This document shows, one piece after another, positions 27,001 through 36,542 of a stretch of DNA of 42,627 nucleotides. The stretch comes from an uncultured Methanosarcinaceae archaeon. GTDB taxonomy: Archaea > Halobacteriota > Methanosarcinia > Methanosarcinales > Methanosarcinaceae. The notes under the pieces are model-generated. The model was not told where the DNA came from, searched no databases, and saw only the letters and a list, made by a program, of their open reading frames with translations. How positions within the stretch are numbered: position 1 is the first letter of the stretch; every line of letters starts with the position of its first letter. Where the stretch lies: contig CAVRJG010000062.1 in assembly GCA_963721455.1 (NCBI GenBank), positions 1 to 42,627 of the forward strand, in the 5' to 3' direction. The translations under genes and the position numbers were made by a program.

Positions 27001-29649
27001 AAGGACCTTTTTGTCGAGCTCTGTGAACTTGTTAATCCTGCCTTCATGCAATTCCCGGATAAAAGTAGAAAGTTCCGGCCTTTCCCTGAAGGCGCGGTGC
27101 AGGAGGACCCCCGCATAGTTTCCCTCAAAGGCCTGGATCATGTCACATGCTTCGATTTTTCCGGCCTCGATATCCCCCATCATGGGGGCTGCTTTAGTTT
27201 CCAGGCAGGCCTGCCTGTATCCGAGATACTGGCTCCAGAACACCAGAGATGAAGTCTCGGTTTTCCATCTGGTTACACGGGATTTTAGCTGGCTGATTTT
27301 TGCGGCTTCCAGGCCGTTTCCGAACATTTTCCCGAAATCCGCATTTATGCGACCCCTAAATTTTTCAAGAGAATTCAAAAATGTCTGCTTTGCTGCCAGA
27401 ACCCCGCTTGCGGCGGATTCGAGTGCTGCCCCGTCAACCCCGGCTCCTGCAAGCCTGAAACTCCTGTCAGTGAAAATGCCTTCTTTTAGATATCTGCGGA
27501 AGGGAAATATCCATCTGGCATACTCATCCAGAAGAACAGGATCACTTTCAAAACCCTTCCAGTAATCCAGGAAGTACTTTTTGCCTTTTGCTTCAGCACC
27601 CTCAAGTTCTAGCCTGTGGGCTTCACATTCGGAGAGGCAGGCAAGGTCAAGAAGGATTTTGCTGTCCTGTGAAGGCGCCCCTGAGATGTAGCAGGATGAA
27701 ATCTCTTTTTTGAGCTTCCTGTACTTCGGGTTTAAAACCTTGAGGAAATTGCTGGAAAATTCCTCGAATTTGGAGGTATCAAGGTCAAAAACTGCAGGGA
27801 GAAAAGTCCTGCCCGCAAAGGTTTTCAGCTCTGTGTACTGCCTGAGTTTCGAAACCAGAGCCTCGGCTTCTGCTCTTGAGGCCTCGGATTCCCACCCGGA
27901 ATTCTGGAGCATTTTTTCAGGCAGGGGCTTTGAGTTACCGAGGAGTTTTGCAGCATCGATTATGGTTGTGACTCCCGCGAGAGTGCCGGGCTTTGAGGTT
28001 GCGGAGAGGTCATTAAGGGTTTTTGTAGCCGCTTCCAGGGCTTCAAAAGCCGCAGAGCATTCACAGGCAAGGGATTCGATTTCCCCGAGATCCGAAGGTA
28101 GCACAAGCCCTGGTTCGCAGCCATACCAGGGATTTTTCCTGGCTGGTCCCAGGGTGGGAAGAACCTGCCCTAATTTTTCTAAAACAGATTCCGCATCTGT
28201 CCAGACCTCAGGCCCCCAGGTCTCAGGTTCCTGAAACCCGTAACCGGGCATTTTCAAATCCTTTGCCTCAAAATAAGCCTTAGTCTTTTCCCTTATACCG
28301 TAGAGGGCATAGAGGCTGGGATAGATGTTTCCTGCAGATTTCCCAAGGGACAGGGCATACTCATCGAGTTCCTTTTTCAGCTTTTCGAGTTCGTTGATAT
28401 CCCTGTCAGGGCTTATGGGTGCAGGAGCTGTGCGGTTCAGGGTTTTTTCCAGTTCTTCAAGCACTGCCTTTTTCCGTGTCTGGTTGCTATGGATCTCCAG
28501 GCAGAGTTCTCCTAACCCTGCAACATCCAGCCTGCTCTTTACTACCTGAAGGGCAGCCATTTTTTCGCTCACGAAAAGTACGCTTTTGCCCTGGGCCATC
28601 AGTTCTGCAATGGTATTTGCAATCGTCTGGGACTTGCCTGTCCCTGGCGGCCCCTCAACCACAAGGTCTTTTCCTGCCTTTACATCCTCAATGACCGCGA
28701 TCTGGGAAGAGTCGGCATCCATTATATGGTAGGTGTCTTTTGCCGAAAGTTTCAGGTCAACCTCTTCTTCCAGAAAGCCTGAGCTCTCACATTCGGGTTC
28801 TTCGGGATTAAAGACTTTCCGGACCAGGGGATGCTCTGCCGGAGACATATCTTCAGGCCAGGTTGCAGGGTCAAGGTCCTTATACATAACAAACTTTCTG
28901 AAGTTGAAGAGATCGAGGCAGACTTCAGGCAGGAATTTCCAGTCCTTCTTTCCATGGATTTCTCCGGATACGGACTTGAAATACTCCTCAATGCCTGTAG
29001 CTTCCTCAGGCATCTCGAACTCGGGAATCTGGATTCCAAGTTCCTTCATTTTCGCCTGCAGGGTAATTGAAGTGAAAATCTCGTCCCCTGTCCACTGGAT
29101 GCTAAAATTCCGGCCCTTCCCTATGCGTTTGAGCTCGATAGGGACCAGGAGAAGAGGGGCTTTTGGATTCTTTACGGCAGACCTGCTGTCGCTCCACTGC
29201 AGGAAACCCACTGCAAGGTAGAGCACAGGGTACCCCTGTTCTTCAAAGATGGAATTTGCCTGGTTAAAGACATAAAAAAGCTTTTTATCGAGGGTTTCGC
29301 TGTCATCCGGGGTTTCCAGGAAAGGTTCGAAGCGGGAACTCTGGGGTTTATTTTCTTCGGAGACCAGGACTTTTCCTATTGATTTCAAAAGCCTGCTTTC
29401 GTTTTCTGAAGCATCACCTTCTCCGTCCTCCCCGTTTTCGGCTTTCCTGCCTTTTCTGAACCTGGTTTTTGCCCTGAACCTCATTGATTTTTCCTGGAGT
29501 ACAAAGAGCTCGTAAATCTCTTCCGGGGTTCTGCCTGCAATTGAGATGGTCCTTTTCTGGGAAGGGCGGTAATTGAGAAGGTTATTTCTAAGGGACAGAT
29601 CAAGCAAATTCTGCCTTAATGCTTCCAATTCCTTAACCACGTTTACCAT
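24043..29649 (-). CDS. DUF4011-SF1 (Upf1/Dna2-like) helicase-Vsr-like nuclease-DUF3320 protein (Hhe-type)
   Basis: LLDLSLRNNLLN; GPPGTGKSQT (28653-28624); DEASQ; GDSKQLPP; HYRS; QGDERD; RRLNVLITRA; SPFE...DLAV...GIECDG..YH...RDRLR...LGW. Confidence 0.92.
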   Translation of the reverse strand: MVNVVKELEALRQNLLDLSLRNNLLNYRPSQKRTISIAGRTPEEIYELFVLQEKSMRFRAKTRFRKGRKAENGEDGEGDASENESRLLKSIGKVLVSEENKPQSSRFEPFLETPDDSETLDKKLFYVFNQANSIFEEQGYPVLYLAVGFLQWSDSRSAVKNPKAPLLLVPIELKRIGKGRNFSIQWTGDEIFTSITLQAKMKELGIQIPEFEMPEEATGIEEYFKSVSGEIHGKKDWKFLPEVCLDLFNFRKFVMYKDLDPATWPEDMSPAEHPLVRKVFNPEEPECESSGFLEEEVDLKLSAKDTYHIMDADSSQIAVIEDVKAGKDLVVEGPPGTGKSQTIANTIAELMAQGKSVLFVSEKMAALQVVKSRLDVAGLGELCLEIHSNQTRKKAVLEELEKTLNRTAPAPISPDRDINELEKLKKELDEYALSLGKSAGNIYPSLYALYGIREKTKAYFEAKDLKMPGYGFQEPETWGPEVWTDAESVLEKLGQVLPTLGPARKNPWYGCEPGLVLPSDLGEIESLACECSAAFEALEAATKTLNDLSATSKPGTLAGVTTIIDAAKLLGNSKPLPEKMLQNSGWESEASRAEAEALVSKLRQYTELKTFAGRTFLPAVFDLDTSKFEEFSSNFLKVLNPKYRKLKKEISSCYISGAPSQDSKILLDLACLSECEAHRLELEGAEAKGKKYFLDYWKGFESDPVLLDEYARWIFPFRRYLKEGIFTDRSFRLAGAGVDGAALESAASGVLAAKQTFLNSLEKFRGRINADFGKMFGNGLEAAKISQLKSRVTRWKTETSSLVFWSQYLGYRQACLETKAAPMMGDIEAGKIEACDMIQAFEGNYAGVLLHRAFRERPELSTFIRELHEGRINKFTELDKKVLLENRKRITCSAYEETPKLTSGASRASEAGILLNEFNRKRGHMPIRTLMKKAGGLIQKIKPCFLMSPLSIAQYLDPRSTRFDVIIFDEASQVRPEDAVGALLRGKQVVVMGDSKQLPPTDFFDTVLDSPESEPDDYATAGDMESILNVCKRSFPVKTLRWHYRSRHESLIAISNKEFYDNRLYVYPSPMQKDEKLGLKFVHLPDAVYDRGKSGANRIEARAVARAVFEHFGRYPGKSLGVGTFNVKQQEAIQEEIEALLKANPGFDLNSGNERGEHFFVKNLETIQGDERDVILLSVGFGFDGSRKLSLNFGPLNREGGERRLNVLITRAREKCVVFANFTSRDLNLDETSSFGLRCLKVFLEFAESGRLPLPAYSREDLDSPFEEVVSDFLAGNGCEVHRQIGCAGYRLDLAVPDPGHPGRYVLGIECDGAGYHSLHVARDRDRLRRQVLEGLGWKIHRVWSTDWYLRPEESREKLLEAVKRAVKQAKLQAKSEPEPEIPVINEPSAWAEPANKSPEGNVPNSPAGLVSPAVSVLPEVSMESKTDRKHEAESFEAEPVSEVFEAKLFPKTSFEAEDDEPYSGAFFKLEEGLTPPSGVDFMPEMALKAESMALLADENSRKKPVRRSGKSKLLKFSVDPCSEEDEPELVPEPEPEKVSFFQAYPEIDFSAGPEKKKKGKRLNEFAYIYGSGSYFEPEPDPEEDNYAGTWNSEPEIEPEAESAVEPGMKQRVEPALEPAFEAEVKTLQEPLPATTAEKVSESSDESDTGSSFELLSDYTGSGTAGLPGISKKGHEKLSEKGNSLGAAVPLYRACLSSELPQSGDLSEVSDEQLEEAVIRIVECEGPIHAEALLQRIKSHTGILRMLGKIKQRIFDAAELAGSAGKIRAEGEFYWPVPEPACLLRRRDGDASSKIEWICDEEIKEAVRFVLNSQYSTPLEDLIVQVSRVLGIKTTRKNTWERIEKLVRSGIESNELTQMPNKMIYFVE

Positions 29650-30056
29650 AAAAATACCAGGCCCTTTTCAGATAACGAGTAAAATATATGATTGGTAAGA
29701 ATACAGGATGTTTGCTAATAAATTTTGTTATGTTCTGCCGGAAACAGAGCTATGAGTGGAAGAGAAATACAACCCGGATGGAGAAGAAATCCTTTAAGGA
29801 TAACACATTTAAGAATAATACATCTAATAATAATTTTCTTACTTATACTGAGAACTATTTTCTTACTATTAGAGTTGACGGTTTATTACCATATTTTTCT
29901 TTATTTGTTTTCTTTACAGCAACTCCTCATAACTTCAAGAAGATTACTCCATGCGAATTACTCCATGAAGATTACTCCAGAAGGTTTTCACCTCGTTATC
30001 TACTCTCCGGACAGATCCGGCTTTCCAGTTTTTCTTTCCTTGAAGGGAGGTTCGCT

Positions 30057-30944
30057 TCAGGTTTTGCTCTCATCTTCCAGACTCACAAGAAGAGAACTCG
30101 AAAGAATAAGGATGCAGCCAAGCAGAGTTTCAGCAGAAACAGGGTCTTTTAAGAGGACATACGCAAAAAAGATCGCACTTACCGGCTCAAGGAGGGAAAT
30201 TATGCTTGCATTCTGGGCTCTAACATGCATGAGCCCTGTAAAGTAAAGAATTGACCCCACTGAGGTGATCATTAAGCCGAGAAACAGGAGAACAGGCAGG
30301 TTTTCAAGCAGGGAGGCTGCAGATGCCTGCCTTACAAAAGGAAGCAAAAGCACAAGCGTTACACCAGTTGAGATGAAAAGCTGTTCAAGGCCTGAATATT
30401 CGTCCCTGAGATAGCGGGAGGTCACGGTAATGCAGGCGTAAAAAAAGCCTGAAAAAAGCCCCATTAACACTCCAAGCAGATATCCGGACTCAAATCCTGC
30501 CTGGCTGAAAACAAGGTTTTCCGGACCAACCACAATTATCACACCTACAAGGGAAATGATAAGGGCAGCAAGGCTCTTTCCACCGGGTTTTTCTTTCAGG
30601 AAGATGGGGGCAATAAACAAAACGTAAAGCGGAGCGGTATAAAGCAGAAGCACCGATGTAGAGACATTCGTAAAGCTCACAGCTGTATAATACGAGAGCA
30701 TTACGCCTGCATGCCAGGCTCCAAGAAGCATCAGGGCTTTTCTTTTTCCCCGGAGCCGGATTCCTGAGAGCTTTCCTGTCGCTGCCAGATAAACTGCAAG
30801 GGCAAGAAAACCGAACAGGAGCTGGTAAAAAACCACAGGCCCCGGAGACATATTTTTTATGTATAGGAAAAAAATTCCTGCAAACCCGTAAATAATGGAT
30901 GCGGCAACTACCTGGATATTTGCTTTTATGTACTGCGGCTCCAT
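30057..30944 (-). CDS. EamA/DMT family transporter
   Basis: About 10 TM; LLYTAP...FLKE and SLLEPVSA motifs. Confidence 0.92.
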   Translation of the reverse strand: MEPQYIKANIQVVAASIIYGFAGIFFLYIKNMSPGPVVFYQLLFGFLALAVYLAATGKLSGIRLRGKRKALMLLGAWHAGVMLSYYTAVSFTNVSTSVLLLYTAPLYVLFIAPIFLKEKPGGKSLAALIISLVGVIIVVGPENLVFSQAGFESGYLLGVLMGLFSGFFYACITVTSRYLRDEYSGLEQLFISTGVTLVLLLPFVRQASAASLLENLPVLLFLGLMITSVGSILYFTGLMHVRAQNASIISLLEPVSAIFFAYVLLKDPVSAETLLGCILILSSSLLVSLEDESKT

Positions 30945-31002
30945 GACCTCTGCAAATAAGGGTTTCTGTTAAATAAGACTTTCTTTAGTCTGTTGAAAGT
31001 AA

Positions 31003-31036
31003 TATCAGGGCAACTGGACTATCAGGGCAACTGGAC
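31003..31036. repeat. 17-bp tandem duplication
   Basis: TATCAGGGCAACTGGAC x2. Confidence 0.9.
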
Positions 31037-31362
31037 TGCTACTTACAGCATTTAGAATCATAAAATGAAAAATGTACATGGTAAAAGGTATAAAATAAGA
31101 AAGGTACTTTATAAAAAGTGTTTAAAAAAGCTGTTTTATAAAGTAATTTCGATAATCTTAAATGCTGTCAAAACAAAATATAAGCGGATAAGTGAGTGCG
31201 GAAAAAAATGATGAGAGGCGTGTTTGGGCTGCTTTCTCAACCATCATCACACCACCCCTCAGGCACGCCTGTGCCCCTCAATCCGCATATATCTTGAATT
31301 TGCTATGTTCTTTCACTTTTGCATCTCATTTTTCTTCATTTATTCTTCAGTTTTTACTTTCC

Positions 31363-32148
31363 TTAAATCCTTCTCGAAATCCCGGCTGAAGATGCGGAAG
31401 GATCAGGCTTGGAAAGTTTATTTTTCACTCCAAGTATCCTCACAATCACCATGCTGATCTCAAAAAAGACTGCCATGGGCACGGCAACCATCATCTGGCT
31501 GAAGACATCTGCCCCGGGAGTAACAACAGCTGCAATAAACATGACGAGGACATAGATATGCTTGCGGTAGGTCACAAGAGTACTGTATTTTACAAATCCG
31601 TTTCGAGTCAGGAAGGTGAGCACTATCGGGAGCTCGAAGACCACACCGAAGATTGCCGTGGTTGATGCTATAAATGAGATGAACTTGAAGATCGAATAAG
31701 TCGCAGTCACTCCGGAACCTGCTGCATCCATGTAGAGGTACTTAAGAAAGAGGGGCAGCATGAGAAAGTAAGAATATGAAGCCCCAAGGACGAACATGAC
31801 AATGACTGCTACGCTCAGGAAAACAAACTGGCCCTTTCCGATAGATATAGGAATTTGAACTGAATATCGCTTTGAAATGGCCCGATAAACATAGAATGCA
31901 ATGATAGGCAGGGTAATGAGCAGTCCTATTATGATAGAGAGCTTTAGCTCCAGCATCATTACTTCCAGAGGAGACACATAAACCAGCTTTGCACCCTCGG
32001 GGAGAAGGTCATTTTTCATAATCCCTATCAAAGGGCCCGTAAACTGGAAAGAGGCAATAATGCCTGTGAAAAGGACCGCCACAATCACAAGCAGTTTATT
32101 TCGCAGGGTCAGCAGGATTACACTCAGATTTTCAATGGCTTCAGACAT
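31363..32148 (-). CDS. tatC: Twin-arginine translocase subunit TatC (divergent copy)
   Basis: SPLE, FGVVFELP, AAVVTPGAD and PMAVFFEIS motifs. Confidence 0.85.
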   Translation of the reverse strand: MSEAIENLSVILLTLRNKLLVIVAVLFTGIIASFQFTGPLIGIMKNDLLPEGAKLVYVSPLEVMMLELKLSIIIGLLITLPIIAFYVYRAISKRYSVQIPISIGKGQFVFLSVAVIVMFVLGASYSYFLMLPLFLKYLYMDAAGSGVTATYSIFKFISFIASTTAIFGVVFELPIVLTFLTRNGFVKYSTLVTYRKHIYVLVMFIAAVVTPGADVFSQMMVAVPMAVFFEISMVIVRILGVKNKLSKPDPSASSAGISRRI

Positions 32149-32427
32149 ATGGAGTACCTATCCGGAGAAGCAAAAGGAAATTCGTTACCTATATCATGGA
32201 ACTTACCCTATATCAGGGAACTTTTACATCCATTGCAGGGATTTAATCATCAACTTCCTTTTACCTATTTTGTTTTTTCGCTTTGATTTTATCCGGCTCC
32301 TTTCATGGAATCGTTTAAACATTTCCTGAAATTGCCAGCCATTCAGGAAGAAATTCAATTAACGGAAGCCACAAAGTCCGAGTACGGAAACAATGATGTT
32401 TGAGTACCGGAAACCGGAAAATAACAG

Positions 32428-32600
32428 TTATCTTAATCAGGTAGTATTAATTATCTTAATTGTATTATATTAATTATCTTAATTGTATTATATTAATTAT
32501 CTTAACTACAGGTTACATTAATTATCTTAATCAGGTTATATTAATTATCTTAACTATATTACATTAATTATCTTAATCAGGTTATATTAATTATTTTGAA
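32428..32600. repeat. 23-bp period AT-rich array, 8 units
   Basis: TTATCTTAA at 32428, 32451, 32474, 32497, 32522, 32545 and 32568, degenerate at 32591; constant ATTAATTATCTTAA with variable 9-11 nt between. Confidence 0.95.
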
Positions 32601-32609
32601 TGATCATAT

Positions 32610-32665
32610 TATAATGATTCAACTGCCATAAATGTTCTATAATGATTCAACTGCCATAAATGTTC
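32610..32665. repeat. 28-bp tandem duplication
   Basis: TATAATGATTCAACTGCCATAAATGTTC x2. Confidence 0.95.
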
Positions 32666-32850
32666 AGGTATGCATCTATCAGGTATGCAAATATATAGTA
32701 GAAAGATATTGTGGAAAGGGATCGTAAGATGGATTGCGAAGATATCCTGCACCGGAAAATAGGAATATCTTCAAAAGGGTTCCGGATTCACATTTAATAT
32801 ATGTTCCGATATTAATATATTTATCCAGGTACATATAAGAGCGGAAAAAA

Positions 32851-33630
32851 ATGGACTCACAGCACACAGTCGATGGAACCACTTCCACCGGAAAAGCATC
32901 GGGAATGAACTCGTATACATCCGGTGCCCCAGGAGATATCGAAGAACCCCTTATGGCCCACCTGTTCGAGCTAAGGAACCGGCTGGCAATTGTTTTAATC
33001 TGGTTCTTTCTGGGAATAATTATTGCTTTTCCATTCTCGGCAAAAGGGATGCTGCTCGTCTGGAAGGATTTTATAAATTCTGACCTGTATATGACCGCGT
33101 ACTCGCCTCTTGAATGGACATTTGCTCGCCTCAAGCTCTGCCTTGTCTTTGCCCTTGCTATTTCAATTCCGCAGCTCTTCTACCAGCTTTACAGGTTTGC
33201 AGGCAAAGGGCTTTATCCGCATGAGAGGCGCTTTTTCCTCAAGGTTATTCCAGCATCTTTCCTGCTTTTCATCTTCGGGACCGCAGCCGGTTACTTCATC
33301 GTCTTGCCTGTGATGTTCAAATACATTCTCTTTTACTCAGGAGATATGGCTACAGCCCAGCTTTCAGTCCAGGAGACTCTCTCAGCCGTGACCACTATCC
33401 TGATAGGTTTCGGGATTGTGTTCCAGCTTCCTTTGCTTGTGATCTTTGCCGTGAAAATGGGGCTTGTAGAGTACCAGACTCTCAAAAAACAGAGGATACT
33501 TGTCTACAGTGCGATTATGGCATTTTCGCTATTCATTTCCCCTGACCCGACTTTCATTGCCCAGATTCTTGTAGCGTTTTTGCTGGCAGTCCTTTTTGAG
33601 TTCAGCCTATTGCTGATAAGGATATTTTGA
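32851..33630 (+). CDS. tatC: Twin-arginine translocase subunit TatC
   Basis: PLMAHLFELRNRL, GLYPHERR, FQLP and SPDPT motifs. Confidence 0.92.
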   Translation: MDSQHTVDGTTSTGKASGMNSYTSGAPGDIEEPLMAHLFELRNRLAIVLIWFFLGIIIAFPFSAKGMLLVWKDFINSDLYMTAYSPLEWTFARLKLCLVFALAISIPQLFYQLYRFAGKGLYPHERRFFLKVIPASFLLFIFGTAAGYFIVLPVMFKYILFYSGDMATAQLSVQETLSAVTTILIGFGIVFQLPLLVIFAVKMGLVEYQTLKKQRILVYSAIMAFSLFISPDPTFIAQILVAFLLAVLFEFSLLLIRIF

Positions 33631-33761
33631 GAACGAATTTGGCGATTTGATGGCATGATTTTTGTTAAAAAAACAGGCATTTTTAAAGAATTTCCAGACT
33701 AAGTCAGTCCACCGATCTATTTACAAGAACTTTTATATTTGATTGTTGATAATAACCAACA

Positions 33762-34088
33762 ATGATAGGTCCCGCTGAATTGATAGCAATCCTGATAGCT
33801 GCTCTCTTCCTCTTTGGGCCCCAGAAGCTTCCCGAGCTTGCACGGTCTCTGGGAGGTGCACTCGGGGAGTTTAAAAAAGCACAGCGTGCTGCTGAGCTGG
33901 AACTGACTCAATTCGATGCCTACACCAAAAAAGCCGGAAATAAAGCTACCCCTGGGGAAAAAGAGGAAGAGAAGGAAAAACAAGACATTGAAAACAGCAA
34001 TAAGGAAATAAAAACAAATACAAATCTGGAAAATGCGCTGGAAGCCAGAAAATCCATCCCTGGACAGGAAGAGCCCCGGAAAAACTGA
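33762..34088 (+). CDS. tatA: Twin-arginine translocase TatA/B family subunit
   Basis: FLFGPQKLPELARSLGGALGEFKK. Confidence 0.9.
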   Translation: MIGPAELIAILIAALFLFGPQKLPELARSLGGALGEFKKAQRAAELELTQFDAYTKKAGNKATPGEKEEEKEKQDIENSNKEIKTNTNLENALEARKSIPGQEEPRKN

Positions 34089-34312
34089 AATACCGGGATC
34101 AAACTAAAATAAAAGGAAATAGATCTGAAAAGTGAGGATTTAAATAAAAAGAATTAAATAATAGAAAGTGGCCAGGATAATAATTAAAAATAGAAACTTT
34201 ATATAACATAAAAAGTCTTAGCCTAACTTAGAGATATTGATAATTTTCAGATCAATTATTACCGCTGAAAACTTTATATTTATTAGGAAAACGAAAAGCT
34301 TGAGGTCAAGCC

Positions 34313-34618
34313 ATGATAGGCACAAATGAACTTATAATGATTTTTGGAGTAGTCGTGATTCTTTTTGGGGCAAGCAAACTTCCGGAACTGGCCCGTTCCA
34401 TGGGAAGTTCAATGGGAGAATTCAAAAAAGCCCAGAAGGAATCCGAACTAAACCTGAGGGAATTTGAAAAATCCTTAAAGGAGCCCACAGCTCCAAAGAG
34501 CAAGGTACAGGAAACAGCTGAAAAGCTTGGGATTGATATAAGAGGCAAGACCGACGACCAGCTTCTTGAAGAGATCCAGAAATCCTCAGAGAAGCCAAAA
34601 GAAGTTTCCGTGCCCTGA
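34313..34618 (+). CDS. tatA: Twin-arginine translocase TatA family subunit
   Basis: ILFGASKLPELARSMGSSMGEFKK; GAGGT RBS. Confidence 0.92.
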   Translation: MIGTNELIMIFGVVVILFGASKLPELARSMGSSMGEFKKAQKESELNLREFEKSLKEPTAPKSKVQETAEKLGIDIRGKTDDQLLEEIQKSSEKPKEVSVP

Positions 34619-34790
34619 AAAATACCCGAAAAGTAAGTTTCCCATTTCTTTTCACGGCATTTTATTCAGGTTTAACCTTTTATTGAAACCTGTCATTTTC
34701 ATGTTCATTTTTAATCAAAGTTTATATTTTTTATCCTCAGCTGAATCAGGATAGTGAAACAAGTTTATCAGGAGGCCTTTTCTGGTAGAG

Positions 34791-35303
34791 ATGATCAGCG
34801 AAGTTGACAAAAACGATAATTTCCTTGGTCTGCGCGCGCGGGAGGAATTTTATTCGGGAAAGCATATTCACAGGGCTTCTCAACTCATCCTGCTGAATCC
34901 TGAAAACAAAATGCTTATCCAGAAAAGAGCGCCTCAAAAACGATGGTATCCAGACCGTTATACATATTCAGTAAGCGGTACTGTAGCGGACGAATCTTAT
35001 GAAGCCTGCATGAAGAGAGAAATGCTCGAAGAAATAGGAATATCGGTCCCGTTCAGGAAACTGTTTAAAGTTCCCTGTATTTTCGAAAACAAAGGATCCT
35101 TCAATACGGTATTTTCAGGCAGATGTTCGGAAAAAAATGCAAGCTTAATCAGACCCGATCCAGAAGAAGCAGTCTATGTAGAGTGGGTAGAACTCGAAGA
35201 CCTGTACAGGGCAGTTAAAACAGAACCTGAAAAATATACACCTTCCCTGAGAGCAGGAATTACAAAAATCTATCAGGAAGGGCACGAGAAGTATATCTAC
35301 TGA
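34791..35303 (+). CDS. Nudix hydrolase (IDI-1/YfcD-like)
   Basis: HRA...LIQKRA..K; Nudix box GTVADESYEACMKREMLEEIG. Confidence 0.9.
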   Translation: MISEVDKNDNFLGLRAREEFYSGKHIHRASQLILLNPENKMLIQKRAPQKRWYPDRYTYSVSGTVADESYEACMKREMLEEIGISVPFRKLFKVPCIFENKGSFNTVFSGRCSEKNASLIRPDPEEAVYVEWVELEDLYRAVKTEPEKYTPSLRAGITKIYQEGHEKYIY

Positions 35304-35360
35304 AAAAATAAAAACTCCTTAAGTAGATGAAAGAGATTCAATAGATTCTGTCTTTTGCTC

Positions 35361-35461
35361 TATAATTGCTCTATAATTTATTGCTGTATAATTTATTGCG
35401 GTATAATTTATTGCGATATAATTTATTGCGATATAATTTATTGCAGTCTAATTTATTGCTG
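35361..35461. repeat. 15-bp tandem repeat x6 plus a partial unit
   Basis: TATAATTTATTGCnn at 35372, 35387, 35402, 35417, 35432 and 35447. Confidence 0.95.
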
Positions 35462-35477
35462 GATAGTTTTTCTGGCT

Positions 35478-36542
35478 TTAATATTCATGTTCACGCGGTG
35501 CCTGTTTTGAGTCGGCATATCCTCCTATGATGGGAATATGTTCCCCACATTTAGGACAGGTTTTTTCCGGTGTGATGTCGTACTTTTCTATTTCGAAAAA
35601 GCTGCGCAAAATCAGCATTTTTCCGCAGTTCGGGCAAAAAGTGTTGTTGCGCTCACTGCCAGGGACATTGCCCATGTAGACATACTTCAGCCCTTCTTCA
35701 GTTGCGATTTTACAGGCTTCCTGCATGGTTTTCACAGGCGTTGGAGGGAGATCCTGCATTTTGTACTGGGGATGGAAACGTGTAAAATGCATGGGAGTCT
35801 CAGGACCCATATTTTTGTACATCCATTTTGAAAATTCCCTGAGCTCTTCAAGGGAATCGTTTACGCCAGGAATGATAAGGGTCGTGATTTCCACATGGAT
35901 TCCGAGTTCTTTTGCAAGGATAGAAGCCTCGAGCACAGGAGCCAGTTTTGCGCTGGCTACATCGTGATAGAATTTTTCATTGAAAGCCTTGATATCGATA
36001 TTGGCGGCATCCAGATAGGGTGCCATATGCCTCAGGGCTTCAGGAGTCATATACCCGTTTGTCACATAGATTGTGGCAAGCCCTGCATCTTTTGCCAGCT
36101 TTGCACACTCATAGGTGTATTCGTGCCAGATTGTGGGCTCGTTATACGTCCAGGCAATTGACCTTGAGCGTGAGAGGAGCGCCCTTTCGACCAGCTCTTC
36201 AGGAAGGACATCCATTGTGTAAGAGTCCTCCAGGCAAGCCTGAGAAATCGACCAGTTCTGGCAGTGTTTGCAGCGGAAATTGCACCCTATAGACCCGACT
36301 GAATAAACATAAGACCCCGGATAAAAGTGATAAAGCGGTTTCTTTTCAACAGGGTCAACTGCCTCGCTTGAAACAGTTCCGTAAATAAGAGTATATAGTT
36401 CTCCTTCCCTGTTTTCCCTTACCCCGCAAAAACCCCTTTTTCCCTCGACAATTTTACACCTGTGGGCGCAGAGCCCGCAATGTACCTTATTATCTTTGAG
36501 TTTCTCGTAGAACATCGCTTCATGAATCACAACAATCCCCAT
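35478..36542 (-). CDS. amrS: AmmeMemoRadiSam system radical SAM enzyme
   Basis: N-terminal CGLCAHRC...CGVR, DPVEKKPLYHF, GCNFRCKHCQN, FTRFHP and YVYMGN motifs. Confidence 0.92.
   Translation of the reverse strand: MGIVVIHEAMFYEKLKDNKVHCGLCAHRCKIVEGKRGFCGVRENREGELYTLIYGTVSSEAVDPVEKKPLYHFYPGSYVYSVGSIGCNFRCKHCQNWSISQACLEDSYTMDVLPEELVERALLSRSRSIAWTYNEPTIWHEYTYECAKLAKDAGLATIYVTNGYMTPEALRHMAPYLDAANIDIKAFNEKFYHDVASAKLAPVLEASILAKELGIHVEITTLIIPGVNDSLEELREFSKWMYKNMGPETPMHFTRFHPQYKMQDLPPTPVKTMQEACKIATEEGLKYVYMGNVPGSERNNTFCPNCGKMLILRSFFEIEKYDITPEKTCPKCGEHIPIIGGYADSKQAPREHEY

Noticed and set aside
19488-29221. Numerous antisense or nested ORFs inside the hydantoinase, pdaD and helicase genes
   Set aside because: Shadow frames of well-supported genes.
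29688-30246. ORFs 29688-30152 and 29725-30246
   Set aside because: They run through AT-rich short-repeat DNA and overlap the EamA gene antisense; no recognisable motifs.
32428-32600. 23-bp array as a CRISPR array
   Set aside because: Constant part is only 14 bp, inserts are 9-11 nt and re-used, and no cas genes are present.
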